In this document: positions 1-11,517 of the stretch, piece by piece
Numbering within the stretch: position 1 is the stretch's first letter
How the letters are laid out: each line of letters starts with the position of its first letter
DNA from: Macrostomum lignano
Taxonomy: Eukaryota
Direction of reading: 5' to 3'
Length of the DNA stretch: 64,000 bases
Assembly: GCA_002269645.1 (NCBI GenBank)
Contig: NIVC01000984.1
Location: forward strand, 124,001 to 188,000
Position numbers and translations under genes: made by a program
Notes under the pieces: model-generated
Databases searched by the model: none
What the model saw: the letters and a program-made list of their open reading frames with translations, nothing else
What the model was told of the DNA's origin: nothing

Positions 1-304
1 CTCCAGTGCAACGGCCGAGCCCGCTCGCTTTGTGGTCCAAGCAGGCAGCAACACGGCGGTGATCATCCGCGACAACAACCGGCCGGCCCTTGCCCATCGG
101 GACCAAATTCGGCCGCTGCCGTTCGACTTGACGGTCACGCCAGGGCAGGAGCAAGCGACCGGGCGCGGACAAGAGACAGCGGCTGAGGAGACTCCAGTCG
201 AGCCCGAGACTCCGATGTCGGGCAGCCCCAACACCGAAATCGAGGTGCCGGCGGCGCCGAGGCGTAGCGAACGCGGAAACAAAGGAGTTCCCCCTCCGTG
301 GTGA
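1..304 (+). mobile_element. Probable 3' end of an LTR-retrotransposon (Ty3/gypsy-like) pol ORF
   Basis: The frame is open from the window edge. It ends in an acidic/Pro-rich linker followed by PRRSERGNKGVPPPW*, resembling the RRSxRxxKxP tail after gypsy integrases. A G-rich tract (cttggcgggg) follows the stop. No catalytic motif lies inside the window. Confidence 0.4.
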
Positions 305-864
305 GGCGTCGCTTGGCGGGGCTCATCAACTATCTCTGACTCGCCCAGCGTATCTGCGTACTTAATATCTAGTGTACTCATTACCAATGTACTTAGTGTG
401 CACGCGCGGAACGTTGCATCTTTCTATCTATATGCTAAAGCTTAAAGTTTGATCGCGCTGTACTCGTAATGTAGGCGGCATGTTGCCGTCGGTCGTTTTC
501 AAGTTAATATAAAGACCGGTTTGGCTATCAGTTGCAGTCTCGTATTCTATGCTCAGCTAAGAGCTCTCTTAAATAGAAAAGAGTCCATCTTATTGCTACG
601 ACACGACAAAAACATCCCAAAGTAAGGATGTTTGCTCGTTGAGGCTCCTTGACACTTGTCATAGTAGAAGCTGGCTGGTTGACAGACCATGAGTATTGGC
701 AGCTCCAGATGCAGCCGCAGGGGCTCAGTAGTAACAATGCAGCTAGGTGTTAATAGGAGACAAAACCAAAGGCGGATTTCCAAATCTTCAGCTGGATTCA
801 GAGATTTAAATGCTTCAGAATGCTTCTTGTTCCATTGAGCTAGAAAACGATAAGAATGCAAGAC

Positions 865-930
865 ATCCCGGGATTTCGATTGGGCCTAAATCCCGGGATT
901 GACCATCGGGATCCCGATCCCGGTTTGCAA
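865..930. repeat. CCCGGGAT-rich subterminal-repeat fragment of a DNA-transposon/MITE
   Basis: Clustered atcccgggat/cgggatcccg motifs. A related cluster lies at 2581-2671. Confidence 0.4.
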
Positions 931-1073
931 TAATTCAATCATTCATTCTCGAGTAGTAGTATCTGCAGCTGAGCAATTTGTCAGGTGAAAATCATCACCC
1001 ATTTGTCTTGCTTTGATTTATTAATCTTTTAAGCATGCAGGCAAGTGAGACGGCTAGGACTTCAGGGATACAA

Positions 1074-1834
1074 TATAGAATTTTGCAGCCCATTTGGGCT
1101 TACGCGCATTTAATTTAATCCAAGATACGTTTGCCAATGTAACAGAGCTTTTGTCTATGGTAGCAAGGCTGGCGCAGCGGCATTTAATTTGGTCCAAAAT
1201 TGACCAACAAGCATCCATTTGGTCCAAACACTCGTGAGCCATTAAACAAACTCTTGCCTTCTCTCAACCGTCTGCAGGTTGTTGCGCACCGCTGGAATGT
1301 CAGCGTCTCTACCAAAAGTTTTCAGTTGCTTTTCCAGAGCTCTGCTGATAGTCGAAATCTGATAACCAACTGGAGCTGTTCCCTCAACTTCTGCTGCATT
1401 TTCTGCAACGTCAACAAAGGGTTCGTCTCCACTGCATCGAGTAGCAGTTGGACCTGAGGCTCTCGAGCAACTTTCCTTGGCGATTGCCACCCTTTCGCAG
1501 GCAATCTCTGCCGGCAGAGTTTCAACGCGCTGCTGGATGCTGTAAACCACCTTTTCTTTTACATTCAGCAACCTTGCAATGTCCTTTGGGTGTTCACCTC
1601 CGTCGAGTGCTTCGATCACAAGCCAATGACATTCGTTCAATAGCCTAGCATATGGTCCACAATTCTGGGACTGAGCTGAAAATGAACTAAATGGACCAAA
1701 TTGATGCTTGTTGGACCAAATTAAATGCCGCTGTGCCAGCCTTGCTACCATAGACAAAAGCTCAATTACTTTGACAAACATATCTTGGATTAAATTCAAT
1801 GCGCGTAAGCCCAAATGGGCTGCAAAAAGCTATA
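1074..1834 (-). mobile_element. Non-autonomous IS630-Tc1-mariner-like element, copy 1
   Basis: ~124-bp terminal inverted repeats (1074-1197 and 1711-1834) begin TATAG at both ends. The interior encodes frameshifted N-terminal HTH segments on the minus strand (IARLLNVKEKVVYSIQQR; ETNPLLTLQKMQQKLREQLQL..STISRAL). No DDE domain is present. Confidence 0.78.
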
Positions 1835-2580
1835 TTGAAGCTATTGGCAGATCGTAAAGGAGATTTTAGGTGTAACAATGTACGTGCAGCTGTATGTATT
1901 TGTTACTCGCAGACTAATGTAATTATTAATCAAAAACCTGTAAGCAGAGCCTAAAGCAATAGAAGCCAATTCCTCATTGTTTCCTATCACAGCGCTATAG
2001 CTTGCCATACGGGAGTCAAATCATTGTTCATTTGAACTCTCCCTCTATCTCAAACCCAGCTAAAGTCGGGGGGTCTCGAGTCTCGACCTTGCGCAGATCA
2101 GAAGCCTCCTATGCGAAAGACCTCATTCTCAGCACTGTCAGGACACCCTTTGGATGCCCAGAATAGGGTTGGTGGCAGAACTACTTTAAACAGTCCCTAC
2201 CTTCAAAACTTCTTGGCCGTAGTTGGGATTAGAACAGTGGGAGTCCGGACCTTGCTATCGGACCACAACCCAAGCTATCTATGGCGGGTGCCCCTGGGAG
2301 GGTGAGGTCTGATCCCCTTCTAACCTGGTATAGCTCTGTATGCTATCGTTCCCCAGGTTACATCACAATCAAGTGTGATTCTCCTGAGCTGATACCGAAA
2401 TGCAAAAAAGCATGTCTAATACGCCAGCCCGTACATCCCACTCCAATTCAGAGCTCACTGTCAGTTTCTTGTTTGCAAAAATCTTTTATTCTGTTGTAAT
2501 TTTATCATTGAAAGCCTTTTAAAATCATATTAGATAGCTTCGTAAAGCAAAATTGCACCAACAAAAATTAGAAACCTTTT

Positions 2581-2671
2581 CAATTCCGGGATCTCGGGAT
2601 CTTGGCCTAATTCGTCGGGATCCCGGGATTGGCAAAGTCCGGGATATCCCGATCCCGAGAATCCCGGGATC
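2581..2671. repeat. CCCGGGAT-rich subterminal-repeat fragment, second copy
   Basis: Same motif family as 865-930. Confidence 0.4.
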
Positions 2672-3902
2672 AGATTGAGTTTCATGAAATGAGAATTGAA
2701 AATTGAGTTCAGTAGTTGATTTTTGCGCTGTCGCGAGTTGCAAAATTTTTTACATTAGCTTTTATGGCCATATAAGTGGTTAATGAGTGGCCCATCTTGT
2801 GTATATATGATCTTAGGACTCCTTTGAAAGCGGTTCACATAACAAAAATTGTGATTCGCCATTAAGTTGTAACAATTGCAATTGAAATTGTAATCAATTG
2901 AAAAAGATTGCAATTATCGTGTGTAACGTTGCAATTATCGTGCAATATATCGCATTTTAGCACAATCCACTTATCTGGTGAATACTGGGCGCATACACAA
3001 CCGAAACGGCGTTTTGTGTCGACTGCTTGTTGAACAACAAACAACGTCCTCGTTGGTGCGCCGCGTCGACCTGCTGTTCAATTGAGCCTGTCAACGTCCT
3101 GATATCGGGGTTTTAAATTTTGGTCCATTTTGCAATCACGTTTTTGAAGTTTTTTCATCGAAAAGTACTAATATTTGGTGGTGTTTAAGGAGAATTTAAG
3201 CATAGTATCGGATGAAGCATTTAAAAAATTCTGTCCCAAAAGCAGAATGAATGAAATATGAATATTTAGCCAGTCTCAACTGTCAGAAAGTTGGGCTGCC
3301 TGTGACGAGACATTGACAGCTACTCGGGTGGCTGCTGAGAGTTGCGCATGCACACATTTTTATCCTGTGCTTTGTAAAAATTTGATTGTCAAATTTCAAA
3401 CAACCCATCTGAATTTTGTGCCCAACATGCGCTTCAAACAGAATCCTTTGCCAACGAGTATGAATGCATTGAGCACGGTGGAATCTTTCATGGCCTGCCT
3501 TGTGCAGCGCACTTTGATGTGTTTCTTTGAATTCTCAATTGTCCAGACCACTTCAATGTCATTCCAATTTCTATATGAATTAAGTGAGCGCATGTGCACC
3601 AAAGTTTTAACTCATCATGCTCTCTGAGTGTTGGAAATTACTGAAACTTGCGTAAAAACTCAATAGTTTGAGCATCAGAGTATAGGGCTTACTGACGCTA
3701 AAATTCTAATCGATAAGCCGTGTAAATAAAGTTAGCATCACGGACTTCGGAAGCATTTTTAACAAAGTTATAAATGGTGAGATTTCAATTGTTCCTGTCT
3801 ATTTTGTGTATTTTTTCGACTGATTCCGCAGATTGTATATAATTACCTAGATTTAACACTCCAGCATTCGCTAATGTATGTAGCGGCCATCTACCAAGAC
3901 CC

Positions 3903-3995
3903 GATAACCCCGCGGTTAGGGCCATAGACACTGGCTGCTGATAATGCTTGAGAGCAGCAGAAGCTACAGTCTATGGTCTTAACCCCGGGGTTTTC
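3903..3995. repeat. Imperfect palindrome with CCATAGAC/GTCTATGG inner ends
   Basis: gataaccccgcggttagggccatagac pairs with gtctatggtcttaaccccggggttttc (27-nt arms, 4 mismatches). Confidence 0.75.
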
Positions 3996-4548
3996 GCGCT
4001 GCGGCCAGGCGGCTGGATTATAGAATCTTTGACCGAAGTCTGTCTACACTAAATAAGGTTTCACCATAGACAAAGTCGGTCGAACGCATACTGAATGCAC
4101 TACCGATACGACTTAGGAGAATGGTCATTTCTAGGAAAATAGAGTGTATAGGCGTCCTTCTACTTTTAGTTGCAGATGTGCCGCTCTGCAATGTAACGAT
4201 ATATGAAGAGTTTTTCGGCAGCAACTGCTGCCGTGAAATAATCTGTCCATGTCGTTATTGTACCCTTTTGCCATGGATGAAGGACGTACCCTTTTGCCCT
4301 TCATCCATGCCTTTTGCATGAAATTTGTTTTTGCCGGATTTCTAGTCAATTCTGCTGTCTATGGCACTTTGAAAGAGCAGTAAAGCTAATAGTCAGTCGT
4401 CTATGGTAGTTGGAAAGGACAGTGAAGACGACTCGACTATCTGTCATAAATAATTCTCTAGTGGATTTTCAGCTTTCAATTAAATTACCAATAGAAAAAG
4501 GAGCTACATGCATGTTCGTTTCGCTACAAAAACCCTGGCGGAGGAAAT

Positions 4549-4985
4549 GTGGACTCTCCACGGACGAGTTGGCTTTTGTCAACCGAGAGTCGAGCAGTCG
4601 CTTTTCTGGAGATGAAAAATTTTGATGCGTCGTTTAGTACCAAAGTGCTGCCTGAGCTGACTAGCGAAGATCTACAAATGCTGCACCGGATTGAGAATGA
4701 ATCTGCGCCGAAATCGACCGAGACTCAACGAAAACTTTGCGTGGCAAGGTTCCGTCAGTTCCTCAACGAGAAGGGGAGTTTAAAGCGGGTGCCGGGTCGA
4801 TTCCTGAACGATAATCTGAGGCTTTTCTATTCGTCTCTTCGAAAGCAGGAAGCCTGAAGTCTTTTATCTGTTTTCCTGCGGCAATTCAACGGCACCTGCA
4901 CTGGAGCCCGTCCGTCAATCGCCAGGTGAACATCATTACCGGAGAATCATTCAAGTGTTAAAACGGAGTTCTTGTCGAACTTATA
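4549..4985 (+). pseudogene. Degenerate Crypton-like (DUF3504/tyrosine recombinase family) transposon fragment
   Basis: The ORF reads ENESAPKSTETQRKLCVARFRQFLNEKG..LNDNLRLFYSSLRKQ. After a frameshift it continues SLKSFICFPAAIQRHL..QVNIITGESFKC*NGVL, matching the N-terminal core of animal CryptonA/KCTD1/ZMYM-type domains. The catalytic C-terminus is absent. Confidence 0.62.
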
Positions 4986-5040
4986 TGTGACAGAAAAATA
5001 ATACTACTCCTTTTTGTTTTTGTTGTTGTGCGTCATTGTT

Positions 5041-5249
5041 TAGCAATTTGACGATCATTATTCGCATATTTTATGCAGAACAATCCATTACTACAAACAA
5101 TGCATTGTCTGTAGGATCGTCAAACAGAAAAACAATGCAAAGAATCAGCGGTCGCAGCACGTGACAACGATTTGTCTATGGCTCGCGCCTACCGGCGCTC
5201 GCCAGACAATCGTTGTCACGCACTGGGACCGCTGATTATTTATCCATTG
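5041..5249. repeat. 209-bp dispersed repeat containing a 93-nt hairpin (copy 1)
   Basis: Near-identical to 60579-60787. Hairpin 5144-5236 has ~33-nt arms (atcagcggtc..gtgacaacgatttgtct / agacaatcgttgtcac..gaccgctgat). Confidence 0.9.
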
Positions 5250-5457
5250 TCAGGTTTCGATTCTTTTCTAGAGCCAAATGCATCTGTTAATTTACCGGCA
5301 GCAATATAAAACAGCCGGCAAACAATTGAATTGTTGCCAAGAGGATCACTGCCGAAAACCATAGACAAAAGAGTACAATAAAAATTTTATAAAGCTTTTT
5401 TTCGCTGCAAACTTATCGAGCACACCTCGAACGGAACACATAAGCTGCCTAGATTTT

Positions 5458-5970
5458 TATAGCTTTTTGCAGCCCATTTGGGCTTACGCGCATTTAACTT
5501 AATCCAAGATACGTTTGCTAATGCAATGGAGCTTTTGTCTATGGTAGCAAGGCTGGCACAGCGGCATTTAATTTGGTCCAACAAGCATCAATTTGGTCCA
5601 AACACTCGTGAACCATTGGACAAACTCCTGCCTTCTCAAAACCGTCTGCAGGTTGTTGCGCACCGCTGGAATGCCAGAGTCTCTACCAACAATTTTCAGT
5701 TGCTTTTCCTGAGCTCTGCTGATAGTCGAAATCTGATAACCAACTGCAACTGTTTTTTTAACTTCTGCTGCATTTCGGCAACGTCAACAAAGGGTTCGTC
5801 TCAACTGAATTGAGCAGTTGGTTGGACCTGAGGCTCTCGAGCAATTTGCCTTGGCGATTGCCACCCTTTCGCAGGCGAAATCACAGGCGAGATCACAAGC
5901 CAATGGCATTCGTTCAACAGCCTAGCATATGGTCCACAATTGTGGGGCTGAGCTGCAAATGAACCAAATG
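5458..5970 (-). mobile_element. IS630-Tc1-mariner-like element, copy 2 (internal deletion, right TIR lost)
   Basis: Colinear with 1074-1696 from the TATAG terminus. It lacks about 110 bp of interior and stops before the second TIR. Confidence 0.8.
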
Positions 5971-5993
5971 ACGGACGGACAAGCAAAAAAAGA

Positions 5994-6058
5994 CGGACAA
6001 ACGAGGCGCGCTTCTTCTTGCCAAGGCGGACAAATGAAGCGCGCTTGCCCAAGCGTAC
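5994..6058 (-). repeat. 65-bp exact duplicate of neuropeptide coding sequence 6647-6711
   Basis: The sequence is identical to 6647-6711, including the diagnostic synonymous codons (ttc att/gta cgc units). It sits at the broken end of Tc1 copy 2. Confidence 0.9.
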
Positions 6059-6396
6059 TAAATGCTATATTCATTTCAATTTTGTCTGCTTAGTCTGCTA
6101 CTTATTCTTATAGACAATAGAGCTAACATGCAGCGAAATTGAAGAAGCCGAAAAGCAAAAAAGTTTCTGTTGGCTCAGAATAAAGCCAACTTTATTATAG
6201 ATAGAGCTCCAGTTGCTTTGTACGCTCGTATATTTTTTCTGTTATTCAATTTCAGATCGTCTGCAATCAGACTTGGGCAGAAGATGACGCTGGTTTGGGG
6301 GCGGCGGGGGTTAACATTGTTCCTATTAATTCATTATCCAGTCTTTGAAACTGGGGGCGACTTGAAATAATAGCAGCTGTCAAGGACCTCAAGCCC

Positions 6397-6876
6397 TCAA
6401 CCCAGTCGGACAAAGCTCGCCCTCTTCTTGGCGTCGTTCAGCTGCTCATCGTCCAGGTAGCTCTCGTCCTCCGGCTCGTAGCTTGGCCGCTTGCCAAGAC
6501 GGACGAACGAGGCGCGCTTACCTAGGCGGACAAATGAGGCGCGCTTCTTCTTGCCGAGGCGGACAAACGAGGCGCGCTTGCCAAGACGGACAAACGAGGC
6601 GCGCTTTCCAAGACGGACAAACGAGGCGCGCTTCTTCTTGCCGAGGCGGACAAACGAGGCGCGCTTCTTCTTGCCAAGGCGGACAAATGAAGCGCGCTTG
6701 CCCAAGCGTACAAACGAGGCGCGCTTGTCGTTGGCTAGGCCGGCCTCCTCGCCGAGCTCCGCGCAGTAGGACAGACAGTCATCGTCCACCTCGTCCGAGA
6801 GGCAGTCGGCTGGCGCGCAGGCGAAGGCGGCGCTGACCGCCAGCAGCAGGCAGAGTCCAATAAGTTCGGCTCGCAT
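6397..6876 (-). CDS. Neuropeptide precursor, 9 copies of ASFVRL-amide (FVRI/FxRI-amide family; flatworm npp-1-like)
   Basis: Signal peptide MRAELIGLCLLLAVSAAFA, then an acidic 4-Cys spacer. Nine ASFVRLG units are flanked by KR/KKR/KKKR convertase sites, each with a Gly amide donor, and synonymous variation differs between units. A splice acceptor (aaaccgcag, AG at 6879-6878) lies 1 nt before the ATG. Confidence 0.95.
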   Translation of the reverse strand: MRAELIGLCLLLAVSAAFACAPADCLSDEVDDDCLSYCAELGEEAGLANDKRASFVRLGKRASFVRLGKKKRASFVRLGKKKRASFVRLGKRASFVRLGKRASFVRLGKKKRASFVRLGKRASFVRLGKRPSYEPEDESYLDDEQLNDAKKRASFVRLG

Positions 6877-8904
6877 TCTGCGGTTTGAGGGGTTTTGGAA
6901 TGATAACAGGATGTACAGGATGAGGCCTTTTCAAGTCTATGGACATAAACAGGCTGAAATGATGTGCTTATTTAGCTTTATCTGTGTAAATAGTTGTCGA
7001 ATAGACAATTAACTAATAATACGAGCGATAAGCGATTAACGGGGCAGAAAAGAAGTGAAGCAGAGGACGAGGACACGGGCCTAAGCCGCGAGTTGAACTT
7101 TGTATTTATACTAACAATAATGAACAGGTTAGAGGCTGAATTGCAAAACAGAAAGTACAAATATTTGCAGGATTGAAATCCGACAATAGTCTATTTGGCC
7201 CGGCCAAGGTTTGACAGTTGTTAGAAGTAGTTATGCAGCTTCAGTCAATTGTAAATGAAGCTATCAATAATTCTAAAACGCTTGCTTGATGGATGGGAAT
7301 TTTTTTGGAGAAAAAAATCTAGGAGTCAGTTTCATCTCAAAGCGAAATTCGAAGTCTAAAGCTCCCGATCTCATGTTATTTACTCAGACAAGAGAGGGCT
7401 CGACACTGAGATCAATCTTGCCCCATTTTCTAGTCTCTAAATATTTGCTTTCCGGTATTGTTTCGATTAAAGAAACTTTGACTTCCTTTTTGACTGAAGA
7501 GTTCGGATAATTGGATTTTGAGAAATTTGATAACGCACCGCGGTTGCTGGCCAAGCTATACCCGACTTTCTCCCCGAGAGACTTTGGCAGAAGTTCTCTG
7601 CTAGATGCGCGCTTTGAACGGAATCAGTTCGGCTCAAAAGTGTCAAACCGAATGCTTGCACCCCAGTCTCACTGAATTCTCGTCACTTCAAAGCCCCAAG
7701 GCCTTTTCTTTACTTTGATGGCGATAATTTCGTTAGTTGCTAAGCCACATTCTTCCAGTTTGCGACACCCACACAAAGCATTTGCATTCAGCTGCCAACA
7801 AGAGAGAGAGTTCCAGGCTTGCCAACAAGTATCTACCAATGGAGAGCAGTGCAAACACCTGCTAACTGCTTGCCGGAAAGTGTTTACCACTGTCAGCAAT
7901 GCCTGCAATTGTTTAAATTCAAACATGCAATAAATGAAGAGGCTCCAGTACTGAGTTGTTAGCTGATTCCACTCTAGACACAGCAGCAATTGTCTCAAGA
8001 CAAATACTACGGCTTGTATCTTCGGGTGTTCGTCAAAAATTGCTGCAATGGAATTGCCGAATTTAAACAACTTGCCAACTGCAGCACGCCCAGCTACTCC
8101 AGCCAAGCACTCGGGTTTATCGCTAGTCAAAGGATTTGCCAATATCAGCTCTCGGTCCTCGAGTCTGCAGGACTTCGCAGCGCTCTTGAGTTCTGATGAT
8201 GGCGACAGGCTGAAAGTCTCAGCAGCCTCCATCTGCGCCTCTCCTATTCCCGTCCGCTTTCTTGGGAAAGGGCGCTTTAGGAAGTGGAGAGTAGGATAAT
8301 GTTTCATGCAAAGCAGGGGGCATGGGAGGGGGGTCAGCGGCGCCCGACTTCGAACCTTTGACTCTCTGCAGCCGCTTTGCCAATAAGCAGCAAGGCTCCG
8401 AGCCGCTCGAGCGTTGACAGTAGGAAAATATCAATTCCTTCTGTTCAGGCCAGGCCCATAAAGTCTCCGGCTGGCTGAACTCAATAACATTTTTTCTGTG
8501 CGCCGCCTTGGACTCGTTCGCGCACACGCGAAAAGATTTATAAGCTCCTCTCACAGAGCGCCATATGGTTTCAGCTGGCTTGTACTCCGAGCTGCCCCCG
8601 ACTGGTTAATAGCCGCGAAATTGAGACCTACGATATCAATAAACGAAACTTCGCAACGCCAAAAGTGGTTTCGGTGTTCGCCGGCTGTCGAACTGGCTGA
8701 GAAGCCAGTTCCCCTAGCAACTATTATTTGTGGGGCGTTACAAATTATGGCCGGTTCACAGATTCGATTTCTAGTTGCAGCCCCAGTTCGCTCTTATTAA
8801 ATCGATTTTGATATGCGGCGTAGCAGCTCGACTCAATATTAATAAATTATTAGGCACAAAAGTTGTGTTTTTTCATAGCGGGAAAATTCTACTACAGGAG
8901 GAAG

Positions 8905-9009
<105 letters not shown>

Positions 9010-10179
9010 GCATCGCAAAACAGACTTCTGAGCAAACTGCTGAACTATGTTTGTACAGGGCTTGGAGATTTTTCTTGTTCTAAAAAATCTACAATCTACA
9101 AGTCGGAATAGCGATTGTAAACACTTGAAGTCTTTTTAAGCGATCTCGTACTCTGCCTCGTTCCGATTCTGCAGTTCCTTAGCCTCCTTCCTGGATGAGA
9201 GCATTAAAATTTGCACAGAGCAAGCACTTTATTTGCTTTATTGCATAGTTACATGTAGACCTAGCCTTGATGCTCACCCAGCCTCTTTAACGGCTGGATC
9301 TGCGAGACAATGCGCCGACAGGGGAGTGGCATGGGTAGCCCCTCAAGAGTCGCTAGTTAGTCAAGTCGACCAGCCCACCGACTTACATTGAGCTTCATCA
9401 ATATTGCATCCGTTTGCATTGCTAAGAAAGAAAGAAATAGAAAAATCAAGGCGGGGAACCGGGGGGGGGGTAGGACCGGAGAATAGAGGACATCGGGGAT
9501 AAAAAATAACGCCACAATGCTAGAGAACCTTTTGCCGGCAAATTGTCCTTCAAAATACTTATCTAACCCCATTTTAATGCAATAAAGCCGTTGACAAAAA
9601 ATTTTTATCTAAAGCATCACAGCAGGTAACAGACAGTTTAAAAGTTTAAAAGCAAAAAACTGCAATACATTAAAACAATTCTGTGACATCAAGTTCAAAT
9701 TGACTTACCTGTAGTGCTTTCTCTGCCTTAGCGTTAGAAATAAGAGGAATTTCAAAAGCAACTTTGGTCTGTTGATTGAAGTCCTATACAAAGCCGAGAT
9801 TTTTTGGGAGCGGCACCCCTCCGGGCCCCGCGGCTCAGCCGCTTTTATCGGCTCTGGATCGGCGTCCCAACCCCCCCCCCCGCCGTCGCTGCACTCGCCC
9901 GGCTCTTGCCAGTTGAAGTAACTCAGTCAGCTATTGGCTGGCTTGAAAGGGAGATTCAACTATCCATGGCCCAGGAGGTGCAGCTGCTGTCTCTTAGAGC
10001 CAGCTATGGACGAGCAAATCAATCATTGCCGCTCTCAGGGTTAATCCGAGTGCTGAAAATTTTTTAACTAGCTATTAAAGAAATTTTTAAAGATAAACTT
10101 TCTAGATTCAGGGAAACTTGATGGACCAGTCCGTTTGTACTTTTATGGCGAAATTCTCCGTATTCTGTACCTAGACTGT

Positions 10180-11517
10180 GTATGAGAATGGGTATGAGGA
10201 TGGGTATAAGAATGGGGATGGGGATGGGTATGAAAATGGGGATGAGAATGAGCTTGAGAACAGATGAGAATGGAGATAAGAATAGAGATGAGAATGAAAA
10301 TGAGAATGGGGATGAGAATAGGGATGAGAATGAGCTTGAGAACAGATGAGAATGGAGATAAGAATAGGGATGAGAATGAGGATGAGAATGGGGATGAGAA
10401 TGGGGATGAAAATGGGCTTGAGAACAGATGAGAATGGAGATAAGAATAGGGATGAGAATGAAAATGAGAATGGGGATGAGAATGGGGGATGAGAATGAGG
10501 GATGAGAATGGGGGATGAGAATGGGGGATGAGAATGGGGGATGAGAATGGGGGATGAGAATGGGGGATGAGAATGGGGGATGAGAATGGGGGGTGAGAAT
10601 GGGGGATGAGAATGGGGGATGAGAATGGGGGATGAGAATGGGGGATGAGAATGGGGATGAGAATGGGGGATGAGAATGGGGATGAGAATGGGGGATGAGA
10701 ATGGGCATGAGAATGGGGGATGAGAATGGGGGATGAGAATGGGGGATGAGAATGGGGGATGAGAATGGGGGATGAGAATGGGGGATGAGAATGGGGGATG
10801 AGAATGGGGATGAGAATGGGGGATGAGAATGGGGATGAGAATGGGCTTGAGAACAGATGAGAATGGAGATAAGAATAGGGATGAGAATGGGGATGAGAAT
10901 GGGGATGAGAATGAGCTTGAAAACAGATGAGAATGGATATAAGAATAGGGATGAGAATGAAAATGAGAATGGGGATGAGAATGGGGGATGAGAATGAGGG
11001 ATGAGAATGGGGGATGAGAATGGGGATGAGAATGGGGGATGAGAATGGGCATGAGAATGGGGGATGAGAATGGGGGATGAGAATGGGGGATGAGAATGGG
11101 GGATGAGAATGGGGATGAGAATGGGCTTGAGAACAGATGAGAATGGAGATAAGAATAGGGATGAGAATGGGGATGAGAATGGGGATGAGAATGAGCTTGA
11201 AAACAGATGAGAATGGATATAAGAATAGGGATGAGAATGGGGATGAGAATGGGGGATGAGAATGAGGGATGAGAATGAGGGATGAGAATGGGGGATGAGA
11301 ATGGGGGATGAGAATGGGGGATGAGAATGGGGATGAGAATGGGGGATGAGAATGGGGGATGAGAATGGGGATGAGAATGGGGGATGAGAATGGGGATGAG
11401 AATGGGGATGAGAATGGGGATGAGAATGGGGATGAGAATGGGGGATGAGAATGGGGGATGAGAATGAGGATGAGAATAGATGAGACTGTGGATGAGAATG
11501 GGCATGAGAATGGGATA
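10180..11517. repeat. Purine-rich 11-12-bp minisatellite (GGGG[G]ATGAGAAT)n with interspersed longer variant units
   Basis: Directly visible. The long minus-strand ORFs are by-products of the repeat. Confidence 0.97.
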
